Of a stretch of DNA of 64,000 nucleotides, positions 9,486-19,287 are shown one piece after another. How positions within the stretch are numbered: the first letter of the stretch is position 1; every line of letters starts with the position of its first letter. The notes beneath the pieces are model-generated. The model worked only from the letters and a program-made list of their open reading frames with translations. It was not told the DNA's origin and searched no databases. The position numbers and the translations under genes are program-made. Source of the DNA: an uncultured Planctomycetia bacterium (GTDB lineage Bacteria > Omnitrophota > Gorgyraeia > Duberdicusellales > Duberdicusellaceae); the NCBI GenBank assembly GCA_964634935.1, contig CAZWJT010000003.1, positions 116,323 to 180,322 of the forward strand, given 5' to 3'.

Positions 9486-10742
9486 ATGTCGAAAAAGTGT
9501 GATAAGAAATTAATTGATAAAGTGCAAGCTTTTTTCCAGAAATTTTGTCTTTTTTCGGTCGCGCTTCTTATCGTTTTTCTTCCCATCTCTCCGGCAGCTG
9601 TCGAATCTTCAATCGGGCTTCTTTTTTTGTGTGCGGTTATAACCGTCAGCATAAAAAGGCCTGGTTTTCGAGTGATTCAACGTTTTTTCTCGTTTCCAAT
9701 CAATCTCCTTGCTTTAGTATTCTTATTTTGTTTTACGCTGTCGTTCTTAGCAAGTGGAGAATTTCTTCAGAAAAGTATCGGAGCTTGGCTGTCAAAATGG
9801 ATGGAAGCGGTGATTGTGTTTTTTATCATCCAAATGTTTGTGCGCCGGGCATCGCTCAAGGTCTTTTTTACATCTTTTTTTATTTCCGGCGCATTGTTAT
9901 TTATGGATGGAATATACCAAAAGATAACGGGCGTCGATTTTTTAAGACAGCGACCCTTGATTCGTTCTGGGAACAGTCAGGCGGGAATTACCGCATCTCT
10001 GAAGCATTACAATTCTTTTGGATTGTATAGTGCGGTCTACTTATTTTTGTTCCAGGGTGTTTCCAGATTTTTCTACGCACGCAAGGTGCTTTTTTTAGCC
10101 TCGCTTCTGGGTATCCTCCTGGGGATTACTTCGCTTTTGTTCAGTTATTCTCGGGGAGCATGGGTTTCTTTCATTGTAGTGCTGACGATGGCACTATTTT
10201 TCGTGACGGAAAAAAAAATAAGAAGGAAGATCCTTATTTTTCTTAGTATCTTTATACTGCTGATATTGAGCACCCCGTTTCTGCGCGATAGGCTCTTGTG
10301 GGTATTTTTTGAGAAAGAAGGCTTGGGGAGCGGACGCTTCTTGCTCTGGAAACCTTCTTTTGCGATGATTAAGGATTCTCCCCTGATTGGACAAGGATTA
10401 GGGCTTTTTATGGATCGGCTTAAAGACTATTGGATGTGTGAAAATTGCAATAAAGCCCAGTACGCTCACAATTCATATTTACAGGTTTTTGCTGAAACTG
10501 GTCTTATCGGCGCTGGTACTTTTTTTTGGTTCCTTTTTGAACTGATGCGGAGAAGTTGTCAGTATATTCGCCGAGGTCATCTTGATTTTTCTTTTCTGAG
10601 TATTTTTTTGGGCGTTGCCGTTTTTCTCATCCACGCTTTTTTTGATAACCATTTCTTTTCACTGCAACTTTCCACCCTTTTTTGGGTCCTGGCCGGAGCG
10701 CTTACCGCGTTGTTACGCGAAGAGGAAGGATTTCCAAAATGA
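9486..10742 (+). CDS. O-antigen ligase / Wzy_C-family polytopic membrane protein
   Basis: About 10 predicted TM helices; the conserved loop YSRGAW is present. Start set to the ATG at 9486 (MSKKCDKK), downstream of the preceding stop. The ORF track's start is 9447. Confidence 0.65.
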   Translation: MSKKCDKKLIDKVQAFFQKFCLFSVALLIVFLPISPAAVESSIGLLFLCAVITVSIKRPGFRVIQRFFSFPINLLALVFLFCFTLSFLASGEFLQKSIGAWLSKWMEAVIVFFIIQMFVRRASLKVFFTSFFISGALLFMDGIYQKITGVDFLRQRPLIRSGNSQAGITASLKHYNSFGLYSAVYLFLFQGVSRFFYARKVLFLASLLGILLGITSLLFSYSRGAWVSFIVVLTMALFFVTEKKIRRKILIFLSIFILLILSTPFLRDRLLWVFFEKEGLGSGRFLLWKPSFAMIKDSPLIGQGLGLFMDRLKDYWMCENCNKAQYAHNSYLQVFAETGLIGAGTFFWFLFELMRRSCQYIRRGHLDFSFLSIFLGVAVFLIHAFFDNHFFSLQLSTLFWVLAGALTALLREEEGFPK

Positions 10743-11509
10743 TTTATTTTATTCTGCCTGTATATAACGAAGAGAAAAATATAGCAAATGTTATTTCTGC
10801 TTTGCGTAAAAACAATACTTCTGGGACCTACCGGATTATCGCGGTCAATGATGGGAGCCGAGATTCTTCTTTGCGGATCTTGGAACAGTTAGCAGGGGAT
10901 GATCTTCACATCGCGACCCACTCTTTCAACATGAATATCGGATGTGTTTTTTCCACGGGGATTCACGCCGCGCTCGCAGAGAGCGCGAATGATAATGATA
11001 TCGTTGTTATTATGGAGGCTGATCAGACAAGTTCTTTGGATTTTCTTTCCGCCCTTTGCGCGCCGATTCTTCAAGGAGAAAAAGATATCGGCATTGCTTC
11101 GCGCTATTGCCGTGGTGGCGGATATCGTAATTTTCCATTTTCACGCATGGTTTTTAGCTGTATCGCGAATAAGTTACTTTCTTTTGTATTTTCTGTTCCT
11201 GGAGTGCGCGATTATACGATTTTTTTTAGGGCTTACCGAGTTGGTATTATTCGCCAAGCAGTTTCGCGTTTTGGGCTGTTCGGGCTTTTACAATTAAAAG
11301 GCTTTGCCGCGAATGCCGAGCTTTTACTGAAGCTTTCTTTGGAAAAACCGCGGATTTATGAAATACCATTTTTGTATGATTACGCAAAGAAAAAAGGGAA
11401 GAGCAAACTACGGATATTTTCCACCATCGGGGAATATGTCGAACTTGTGCGATATTTCCGGGGTATACTGAAGAGATGGCAGTATGTATCCAAAGGAGCC
11501 AAGCCATGA
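10739..11509 (+). CDS. Glycosyltransferase family 2 (Dpm1/GtrB-like)
   Basis: MIYFILPVYNEEKNI, AVNDGSRDSS, and the DxD region IMEADQ. ATGA overlap with the upstream gene. Confidence 0.8.
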   Translation: MIYFILPVYNEEKNIANVISALRKNNTSGTYRIIAVNDGSRDSSLRILEQLAGDDLHIATHSFNMNIGCVFSTGIHAALAESANDNDIVVIMEADQTSSLDFLSALCAPILQGEKDIGIASRYCRGGGYRNFPFSRMVFSCIANKLLSFVFSVPGVRDYTIFFRAYRVGIIRQAVSRFGLFGLLQLKGFAANAELLLKLSLEKPRIYEIPFLYDYAKKKGKSKLRIFSTIGEYVELVRYFRGILKRWQYVSKGAKP

Positions 11510-13023
11510 AAAAACCAGCGATTGTTCTTATATCGTTTTTGAGTATTTCTGGCTGTGTTTTTGCAGAGCAGGAATTTATCAGACTTCCCGGAGTTGAAAT
11601 GAACGTGTATACCGTCGCAGTGAGCAGTGATTCTCGGATGATTCTCGCTGGATCAAAGAATGCAGTTTGGAAAAGTACCGATGGGGGAAGTCATTTTAGC
11701 CGGGTACTTACGATACAGGGAGAAGGCGGTCAGGTTAACTTTATTCTTTTCGATAGGGCCCAGAAGGAGAAGCTTTATATTGCTACTGAAGCGGGCTTAT
11801 ACTATAGCCAAGACGCAGGTGTCCATTTCGAGAAGATTCTAAAAGGAAAAGACTCGGATGAAACGGATCTGAATATTTTTCATCTTGCTCAAGCCGGTAC
11901 TCTCTATGCAGCGACGAACAATGGGTTATATCGGGCTGCGAACTTCGGAGGGAGATTGAGGAAGATAGCTGCTTTTTCTCGAAATACCAGTGTCTATTGG
12001 ATAGAATTTCTGGAGGATTCTCCAAGGAGTTTTTTTGCGGCAACTTCAAAAGGTCTTTACCGAACCGACGATGGGGCAAAGTCATTCCGGAGACTTCTCA
12101 TAAAGAGCGATTTTGAACAAACGGAAGATCCATATTCTGAAGAAATCGACCAAGCGCGCAATGTCCCCCGGGTTGTCAAAGTTGTATATGATCCTTTCGA
12201 AGTGTATCTCGGAACGACCGAGGGTTTATTTGTGTCTTATAACGGGGAGAACTTTGCTAAGAAGTATTTTTCCGTGCTTGAAGGAGCGAGGATTACTTCT
12301 ATCTTTCAGTATGGAAATGCTCTCTATGTTGCTGCGGATAAAGGTTTCTTCAGCTTGGATCGGAAGAACGGACAATTGGTCCAGATTGAGAAGGGACTCG
12401 ATACCCGCGATATCCGCTTTGCTGATTTTTCCGATCAGGCTATTTTTCTCGCAACATCCAGGGGTTTATTCGGTTCTCGCATCGGCCCTCAGCTGCATAC
12501 TCGGGAAAACGGAGAGGATTTTCGCCGTACCCAAAATAACTCAAGGAATGAATATTGTTGTACAAAGATTCCGGACATACGAATCGTGCAAGAGGCAGCG
12601 TGTGCCTATAATGAAGTTAATCCTGAAAAGATCAAGCAGTGGCGCAGAAACTTGAAATACCGGGCATTAGTTCCATCCCTAAATTTGAGCTACGACAAGA
12701 CTATCACGTATGACAGCGGGGTAGACCGTTATGTGACCGGGCCGCGTGATTGGGGAGCAAGCTTGTCGTGGGACATCGCCGATCTCATCTGGAATTCGTA
12801 CGAAGATGACATTGATACGCGTTCACGCCTTAATACGCAGCTGCGCTTTGATGTTCTTGACGAGATAAACCGACTGTATTTTGAACGAAAAAAACTTTGT
12901 CTCGAATTACAAAGCATAGCTTATGGCGAATGGCCGGATGAGAAAAAAATACGTCTTGAAGAGCTTACTGCGGCGCTTGACGGATATACCGGAGGATTTT
13001 TCTCCAGGCATTTGAGGAAATAG
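11506..13023 (+). CDS. BNR/Asp-box repeat lipoprotein (beta-propeller-like), secreted
   Basis: Lipoprotein signal MKKPAIVLISFLSISGC. Repeated Asp-box motifs (STDGGSHF, SQDAGVHF, TDDGAKSF). ATGA overlap with the upstream GT2. Confidence 0.6.
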   Translation: MKKPAIVLISFLSISGCVFAEQEFIRLPGVEMNVYTVAVSSDSRMILAGSKNAVWKSTDGGSHFSRVLTIQGEGGQVNFILFDRAQKEKLYIATEAGLYYSQDAGVHFEKILKGKDSDETDLNIFHLAQAGTLYAATNNGLYRAANFGGRLRKIAAFSRNTSVYWIEFLEDSPRSFFAATSKGLYRTDDGAKSFRRLLIKSDFEQTEDPYSEEIDQARNVPRVVKVVYDPFEVYLGTTEGLFVSYNGENFAKKYFSVLEGARITSIFQYGNALYVAADKGFFSLDRKNGQLVQIEKGLDTRDIRFADFSDQAIFLATSRGLFGSRIGPQLHTRENGEDFRRTQNNSRNEYCCTKIPDIRIVQEAACAYNEVNPEKIKQWRRNLKYRALVPSLNLSYDKTITYDSGVDRYVTGPRDWGASLSWDIADLIWNSYEDDIDTRSRLNTQLRFDVLDEINRLYFERKKLCLELQSIAYGEWPDEKKIRLEELTAALDGYTGGFFSRHLRK

Positions 13024-13072
13024 CTACCAAGCGGCAAGTTTTTTTGTATAATAGAAATCAAGCAAAAGCATT

Positions 13073-13759
13073 ATGAAATTGTCAATTCTTATCCCAGTTT
13101 TTAACGAGCTACAGACTATCGAGGTGATTATCAACGAGGTCTTACGAGTGGAGGTTGGCATCGACAAGGAACTTGTGGTGGTAGATGATGCCTCGACGGA
13201 CGGAACAAGGGAATTTTTAGAGAAATTTAGTCATCCTCAAGTGAAGAAGGTGTTTCACAAGAAAAACTCTGGCAAGGGGACAGCGCTTGCTTCAGCCTTA
13301 GAACAAGCGACAGGAGATATTATTCTTATTCAAGATGCCGACCTTGAGTATCCACCCGCTGAGAATTACAGAGGGTTGATTGAGCCTATTGTGAAAGGCT
13401 ATGCCGATGTAGTTTACGGGTCGCGTTTCTTGGGGGTTCACAGGGTTTTCATGTTTTGGCATTATCTCGCGAATAAACTGTTAATCTTGATTACAAATAT
13501 TTTATATAACACCATGCTTTCCGATATGGAAACAGGGGCAAAGGTATTTCGGGCTGAAGTTTTGAAAAATATGCAGATACGTTCCAGACGATTTAACGTC
13601 GAGCCAGAAATTACTGCAAAGGTTTTTAAAAAAGGGTTTCGTGTTCAGGAGGTTCCTATCGTTTACTGTGGGAGAACATACCGGGAAGGGAAAAAAATTG
13701 GATTTTTAGATTTTCTCGAGGCTATTTGGACACTTCTCTGGTACCGATTCTTCCCTTAA
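13073..13759 (+). CDS. Glycosyltransferase family 2
   Basis: MKLSILIPVFNE, VVVDDASTDGT, and the DxD region IQDAD. Confidence 0.8.
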   Translation: MKLSILIPVFNELQTIEVIINEVLRVEVGIDKELVVVDDASTDGTREFLEKFSHPQVKKVFHKKNSGKGTALASALEQATGDIILIQDADLEYPPAENYRGLIEPIVKGYADVVYGSRFLGVHRVFMFWHYLANKLLILITNILYNTMLSDMETGAKVFRAEVLKNMQIRSRRFNVEPEITAKVFKKGFRVQEVPIVYCGRTYREGKKIGFLDFLEAIWTLLWYRFFP

Positions 13760-13781
13760 CTGATTAAGATAGGGTAAGAGG

Positions 13782-14825
13782 ATGAAAATACTGATTACCG
13801 GAGCAGCCGGGATGGTTGGCTCGCACTGCGCAGAATATTTTTCCAAGAAAAAATGGAAAGTCATCGCGCTCGATAATTTGATGCGTTCCCGGATTTTTGG
13901 CTCACGCGAGCGATCGGTTGAATATAATTGGCGCTATCTGAAAGGGCTTTCTTCTATCCGGTGTATCCTTCAGGATGTGCGGGATATTCATGCAGTAAAG
14001 CGCATCTTTCAGCGAGAAAAGCCAGACGTAGTGGTTCATGCCGCAGGCCAACCTGGAGTGCGTTTCTCATTGGAAAATCCACAAGAAGATTTCTCGATAA
14101 ACGCCTTCGGTACCTTCAATATCCTTGAGGCTTTTTCTAAGGTAAATTCCCGAGGGACTTTTGTATACTGCTCGACCAATAAAGTATACGGCGATAACGT
14201 CAACCAGATTAAGCTTTGCAAAACTCAGTTGCGGTATCATTTTTCGGCAAGTTCCGGAGTAAGCGAACAAATGTGCATAGATCGTACGGGGCACACGCCA
14301 TACGGTGTTTCTAAGTTGGCAGGGGATCTTTACGTGCAAGATTTCGGGCATACCTATCATCTGAGAACAGGAGTATTTCGGATGAGTTGTATTTATGGAA
14401 CCCGCCAGTTTGGTTTTGAGGATCAAGGATGGGTTGCCTGGTTTGCTATACGCTTTTTTCAAGGTCTTCCTTTGGTTATCTATGGAGATGGCAAGCAAGT
14501 CCGGGATGTGCTTTGGGTGGGCGATTTAATTCAAGCATATGAGAGGTTTATTACCGGTCGGATGGAAAGCAATGTGTTCAATATTGGAGGAGGGACATCT
14601 TGCACTCTTTCGTTACTGGAATTAATAGCCCTGCTTGAAAAAATGACCAGAAAAACAGTAAGAATTTCCTTTAAACCCTGGCGTCCTTTTGACCAAAAGG
14701 TATATATATCTGATATTCGTAAAGTACAGCGGATTCTGGGGTGGAAGCCGTCAGTATCGCCGCAGCAAGGTGTTTCTAGGTTGTTTGGATGGATTCAGAG
14801 TAATCGAGCATTATTCTCCAAATAA
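13782..14825 (+). CDS. NAD-dependent epimerase/dehydratase, extended SDR (CDP-paratose 2-epimerase / UDP-sugar epimerase-like)
   Basis: MKILITGAAGMVGSH Rossmann motif; catalytic YxxxK (YCSTNKVYG). Confidence 0.75.
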   Translation: MKILITGAAGMVGSHCAEYFSKKKWKVIALDNLMRSRIFGSRERSVEYNWRYLKGLSSIRCILQDVRDIHAVKRIFQREKPDVVVHAAGQPGVRFSLENPQEDFSINAFGTFNILEAFSKVNSRGTFVYCSTNKVYGDNVNQIKLCKTQLRYHFSASSGVSEQMCIDRTGHTPYGVSKLAGDLYVQDFGHTYHLRTGVFRMSCIYGTRQFGFEDQGWVAWFAIRFFQGLPLVIYGDGKQVRDVLWVGDLIQAYERFITGRMESNVFNIGGGTSCTLSLLELIALLEKMTRKTVRISFKPWRPFDQKVYISDIRKVQRILGWKPSVSPQQGVSRLFGWIQSNRALFSK

Positions 14826-14834
14826 ATCTGAGAA

Positions 14835-15395
14835 ATGAGCAAAGTAGTATTTTTAGACCGCGACGGGGTTGTGAATAAGTATCCAGGCGATAGCAATTAC
14901 GTTCTTTCGCCGGAAAATCTAGAGATTTTGCCTGGGGTCCGCGAAGCAATACAGAAATTATGTAAACATGGTTTTTTAGTTTTTGTCGTTTCGAACCAAG
15001 CGTGCGTATCAAAAGGCCTGGTGAGCGCCGAGACGCTGATTTCTATGACTGAAAATTTGCTTTCTGAACTCGACGGGCATCATGCTTTTATCGAGGGAGT
15101 ATACTATTGTATTCATACCGAAGAACAGAATTGCCGTTTCCGTAAACCAAATACCGGAATATTCGAGCAGATTTTTCAAGAGCGAAAATTTTGCCTTGCT
15201 GATATGCAGCCAGTCCCTTTTTTTATCGGAGACAGTATTCGGGATGTAAAAGCCGCAAAGGCTTTCGGTTTAAGGAGCATTCTAGTTTTTTCCGGCCGCG
15301 AAAAACCCCAACGATATACGCAGTGGGAAACTGTGCCTGATTATACTTTTGATGATTTGCAGTCTGCCGTAGAGTTTGTGGTTTCCGAACAATAA
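14835..15395 (+). CDS. gmhB: HAD-family sugar-phosphate phosphatase (D,D-heptose 1,7-bisphosphate phosphatase GmhB-like)
   Basis: VVFLDRDGVVN (HAD motif I), CRFRKPNTGI, GDSIRDVKAA. The substrate is not determinable from sequence. Confidence 0.65.
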   Translation: MSKVVFLDRDGVVNKYPGDSNYVLSPENLEILPGVREAIQKLCKHGFLVFVVSNQACVSKGLVSAETLISMTENLLSELDGHHAFIEGVYYCIHTEEQNCRFRKPNTGIFEQIFQERKFCLADMQPVPFFIGDSIRDVKAAKAFGLRSILVFSGREKPQRYTQWETVPDYTFDDLQSAVEFVVSEQ

Positions 15396-15430
15396 GTACC
15401 AGAGTCGTTTTCCGAACCGTTCAATAAGCA

Positions 15431-16546
15431 ATGGAAAAAATTTGGATTGTTTATGCCAGCTGTGGCGGCGGCCACAAAAAGGCGGCAGAGGCGATTGCCG
15501 AAAAACTTCAGACTCTGGGGCAGGTACGCCTGTTAAACATTTTGGATTTTACAAACATCCGGATTAAGGCTATTTTCGAAGATGGATACCGAAGGTTGAT
15601 CGTTTCCTATGGGTTTTTATGGAAATACTTATTTTTGCTTTTTAAGGCTCGCTTTATTCAGAGAGGCCCTTTTGGTTTTCATGATTGGCTTCAGCGTCTC
15701 TGTTTTCGTAGATTTATCCAAGAGTTTAAGCAGGAAGAACCGCGGATTTTTATCTCAACTCATTTTATCCCCTCGCAAATCGCCTCATGGCTCAAACAAT
15801 GGTATCCTTTAACCCGTGTTGTTACCTGTATTACTGATTTTGGGGTGCACCCCCTGTGGGTTTCAAAGGGTACTGATTTCTACTCAGTTGCGAGTCAATC
15901 AACAGGGATGATTTTAACGCATACCTACGGTGTGGCTCAAGAAAAAATCTGGTATACGGGAATTCCCTTACGCTCGTCTTTGCTCAAAAACTACGATACC
16001 CAAGTTCTGCATACTTTGCATGGCAAGCCCCCGGGTTTTGGCATACTTCTGTTTTCGAGTTATATCGCACAAGGTCCGCTACGGGAAATCATCGAACGAT
16101 TTCATAAAACCAGTGCGTTGTTCGTTATTTATGGAACAGATAAAAAGCTGCAGGCATATATTGAGCAGAAAGCAAAGACTGCATTTTACCTTCGTGGATT
16201 TTCCAGTTTTGAGCGCATTTGGGAACTCATGGAGATTGTTGATATTGTTGTCACCAAACCTGGCGGGCTTACAGTTTCGGAGTGCCTTGCAAAACATAAG
16301 CCGATGGTCTTTATGTACGCTATCTACGGGCAAGAAACAGAAAACGCTCAAGCGATGGTTGAGGAAAAAACGGCATTTTACCCCCGTTCTCCGCTAACCC
16401 TCCAGGAAACGATTGAGATTTTACGGAACGATCCTGCTTTACGCGCTCGCATGGTTATCAACATTGAAAATTTTATCCGCAGGAACCATACGCACGATTT
16501 TATTACTCAAATCAACTCGTTGGTCAATAAGCACAATGGTTGTTAA
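15431..16546 (+). CDS. GT28-family glycosyltransferase (MGDG-synthase / UgtP-like)
   Basis: N-terminus IWIVYASCGGGHKKAAEAIAEKL matches the MGDG-synthase N-terminal motif (SxGGGHxxAAxAL). GT-B size. Confidence 0.6.
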   Translation: MEKIWIVYASCGGGHKKAAEAIAEKLQTLGQVRLLNILDFTNIRIKAIFEDGYRRLIVSYGFLWKYLFLLFKARFIQRGPFGFHDWLQRLCFRRFIQEFKQEEPRIFISTHFIPSQIASWLKQWYPLTRVVTCITDFGVHPLWVSKGTDFYSVASQSTGMILTHTYGVAQEKIWYTGIPLRSSLLKNYDTQVLHTLHGKPPGFGILLFSSYIAQGPLREIIERFHKTSALFVIYGTDKKLQAYIEQKAKTAFYLRGFSSFERIWELMEIVDIVVTKPGGLTVSECLAKHKPMVFMYAIYGQETENAQAMVEEKTAFYPRSPLTLQETIEILRNDPALRARMVINIENFIRRNHTHDFITQINSLVNKHNGC

Positions 16547-18353
16547 GGTCATTTTTGGATTGGAAGTGAACAGAGTTTTTGATTATTCTGCAACAACTGC
16601 TCTTTTGCCAGGTGTGCGGGTCTGGGTTGATTTTGCGCGGAGAAAAACCATAGGCTTCGTTGTTGGTTTTTCCCAGGAATCGTCCTTCGAGAGACCTTTA
16701 AAACCTATCCTGGAAGTGCTCGACAACAGTCCGGTATTTTCTCAACACATGCTTTTCTTGGCGAAAATGCTTTCCGAGCGGTACCTCTGTCCGGAAGGGG
16801 AGATACTGAAGATGATGTTGCCTAAGGCGCTCCGCGGGCGTACCAAAACAGATGAAGATTTTCCACGGGAATGCTCAACGGTTTTCGATAACGCCCATGC
16901 GCGCTATATCAAAGAAGAATACTGGCGTACTCAGCGTTTCGGGCAGTATCGATGTATTATAGAGGATTGTTTGGAAAAAAATTCTGGGGTAATCATTTGC
17001 GTTCCTCAAAGAGAAGACATAGCAATATTCACCGATTTTCTTGATACATTTTGCAAAAACAAGTATTGTGTTTTTTTTAGCCAACAGCCCGCTTTAGAAC
17101 AGTTGTTGAATTGGAAAAAAGTCAGGCAGAAACAGATCGCCATAGCTCTGGGAACGCGTTCCTGCATATTTTCCCCGTTCGATCGGCTCGGGGCGGTTAT
17201 TATCGAAAAGGAAAGTTTCTACGGGCACTATCAGACCGAGAAACCATTTTACCATGTGCGTGATGTCGGAGTTCTTTTATGCCAGATCAAAAAGGCACAG
17301 TTGGTGCTTTCTTCAGATACGATGTCCGTCAAAGCTCGAATGCTGACGAAAGGGCAAAAGATGATTGACTATACGGTTCCCAATACCCAAAGAATAGCGG
17401 TTTTGGACACGCAAGCTCAGAAAAGCAAGGGCTACCCGCTTACTTTTTTGGTTCAGGAAGTGCTTCGGGCGCAGTTAGCGCAAAAAAAGAAGGTAATTTT
17501 ATTCTGGGATAAAAAGGGTTTTTCTTCCCTTGTAGTTTGTAACCAATGCGGGCATACGCCCCATTGTCCCCGTTGCAGTGTTTCGCTCCGATATGTTTTC
17601 GCCGAGAAAGCCTATAGGTGTCCGCGGTGTAGTTTTGTTGAAGAAGCAAAGGACAGCTGTCCCGTTTGTCTTAAAGGATATTTACGGAGCCGGGGAGCCG
17701 GTATCGAACGCATTGTCCAGAGTTTGCAGAAAATTTTCCCCGAGGCAAGCATCGCGATGACCGAGAAAAAAGATTTTTTTCAAGATAACTGGGATATTCT
17801 TGTGGCGACAGAAAAGATTTTCTACGCGCCGGGAGTATACGCGGTACCCTGCGTGATTGTTCTCGGCATCGATGCTGTTTTCTCGCGCCCGCGCTTTGAC
17901 TCTGCCGAGGAAGGGTTCATTGTTTTGAAAAGACTCGTTAGTCTTGCCAGAGAACATATGTATATTTTTACCGGTAATCCAGCCTATTACCCTGTTGCCG
18001 GACTGATGAAGAAAGAAAAATGGTTTTATCTTCAGGAATTAAAATCACGCCGTGAACTTTGGTATCCACCCTATGGGTTTCTTGCCGAAATTAATCTCCG
18101 GGCTAAAAAACAAGCAAAAGTCCTGCAAAAAGCAGCTTTACTTTCGCAGAAGATGAGAGTATATTCTAAACACGCTGAGTGTGTTTTTGTTTCAACGCCC
18201 CAAGAGGGACAGCCGTTAAAACTAAGGGGCAATTTTTATTATACGGTTACAGCCAGAGCGAAGAATTTCGCCACGCTTCGTGATATGATTTTAAGTGTCT
18301 GGCGAGACGCGGGGAACGCGAGCGTGAAAATAGCAACTGCGATTTACTCTTAG
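16536..18353 (+). CDS. priA: Primosomal protein N' (PriA)-like with degenerate helicase motifs
   Basis: 3'-binding-domain-like N-terminus (GVRVWVDFARRKTIGFVVG). PriA Cys4 zinc module (CNQCGHTPHCPRCS...CPRCSF...CPVC). There is no GKT/GKS Walker A anywhere, and the Walker B DEEH position reads EKES. Start taken at the ATG at 16536. Confidence 0.6.
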   Translation: MVVKVIFGLEVNRVFDYSATTALLPGVRVWVDFARRKTIGFVVGFSQESSFERPLKPILEVLDNSPVFSQHMLFLAKMLSERYLCPEGEILKMMLPKALRGRTKTDEDFPRECSTVFDNAHARYIKEEYWRTQRFGQYRCIIEDCLEKNSGVIICVPQREDIAIFTDFLDTFCKNKYCVFFSQQPALEQLLNWKKVRQKQIAIALGTRSCIFSPFDRLGAVIIEKESFYGHYQTEKPFYHVRDVGVLLCQIKKAQLVLSSDTMSVKARMLTKGQKMIDYTVPNTQRIAVLDTQAQKSKGYPLTFLVQEVLRAQLAQKKKVILFWDKKGFSSLVVCNQCGHTPHCPRCSVSLRYVFAEKAYRCPRCSFVEEAKDSCPVCLKGYLRSRGAGIERIVQSLQKIFPEASIAMTEKKDFFQDNWDILVATEKIFYAPGVYAVPCVIVLGIDAVFSRPRFDSAEEGFIVLKRLVSLAREHMYIFTGNPAYYPVAGLMKKEKWFYLQELKSRRELWYPPYGFLAEINLRAKKQAKVLQKAALLSQKMRVYSKHAECVFVSTPQEGQPLKLRGNFYYTVTARAKNFATLRDMILSVWRDAGNASVKIATAIYS

Positions 18354-18357
18354 GATA

Positions 18358-19287
18358 ATGAAAATCATTTTTTTTGGAAGTAGCACTTTTTCCTGCAGGG
18401 TTCTCCAGTATTTAAGAAATCAGGGGCAGGATGTCTGCGCAGTAGTAACGGTTCCGGCACGACCTGCAGGCAGGGGCTTGTCGCTCAGAAATACTGATGT
18501 GAAATCTTGTGCGGAAAATCTGCGTATACCAGTTTTTTCAGTGTCCAACCTCCAGAGCCAGGAATTTATCAATACACTGAAAGCATTCCAAGCCGATCTT
18601 TTTCTTGTCGCTTCTTATGGAAAGATTATTCCTCGAGAGATTTTAGCTTGCGCTCAGAAATTAGCCGTAGGTATTCATCCTTCCCTTCTGCCGTTCTATC
18701 GCGGTTCGGCCCCCATTAACTGGGCTTTGCTTCGAGGCGATTTATATACCGGTGTTACCTTTTTCAAAGTGAATGAACAAATGGACGCTGGAGACATTAT
18801 CATGCAGGAACGATTGCAGATCGCAGATTCGGATGATTATCCTTCGCTTACGGAAAAACTCCTCAATGTAACAGAAAAAATGTTGCCAGTTTTGCTCGAT
18901 AAGGTCAAGAGGAACGTTTATTCCTTAAGTGCGCAAGATTATTCGCGGGTTACTTTTGCTGTCAAGATTACCAATGATACGGCTAGGATTGATTGGGGGA
19001 AATCCGCGGCAGAACTTTCAAATCTCATCCGAGGGCTTCGGTTCTATCCTTCGGCTTTCTGCCTTTTTCGCAGAAAAAGACTAAAAATACTGAAAGCTGT
19101 CCCGAAATTCGGAACAGGAACTGCCGCGCACGGGGAAGTTATAAAAGTCGGCAAAGACTTTTTTGAAGTTGCCACTGGAAAAGGTAATATCTGTATCTAT
19201 GAGGTTCAGCTTGAGGGGAGAAAGATTGCATCCGCGCTTTCGTTTCTGAACGGCCACCGAGTTTTACCGGGAGAAATTCTTGAATGA
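18358..19287 (+). CDS. fmt: Methionyl-tRNA formyltransferase
   Basis: MKIIFFGSSTFS..., HPSLLPFYRGSAPINWALLRGDLYTGVTFFKVNEQMDAGDII. Confidence 0.9.
   Translation: MKIIFFGSSTFSCRVLQYLRNQGQDVCAVVTVPARPAGRGLSLRNTDVKSCAENLRIPVFSVSNLQSQEFINTLKAFQADLFLVASYGKIIPREILACAQKLAVGIHPSLLPFYRGSAPINWALLRGDLYTGVTFFKVNEQMDAGDIIMQERLQIADSDDYPSLTEKLLNVTEKMLPVLLDKVKRNVYSLSAQDYSRVTFAVKITNDTARIDWGKSAAELSNLIRGLRFYPSAFCLFRRKRLKILKAVPKFGTGTAAHGEVIKVGKDFFEVATGKGNICIYEVQLEGRKIASALSFLNGHRVLPGEILE

Noticed and set aside
13045-13052. TG-TATAAT element before the GT2 gene at 13073.
   Set aside because: The -10 is perfect but no -35 is recognisable, and the preceding T-run lacks a hairpin. Recorded as a possible internal promoter only, not listed as a feature.
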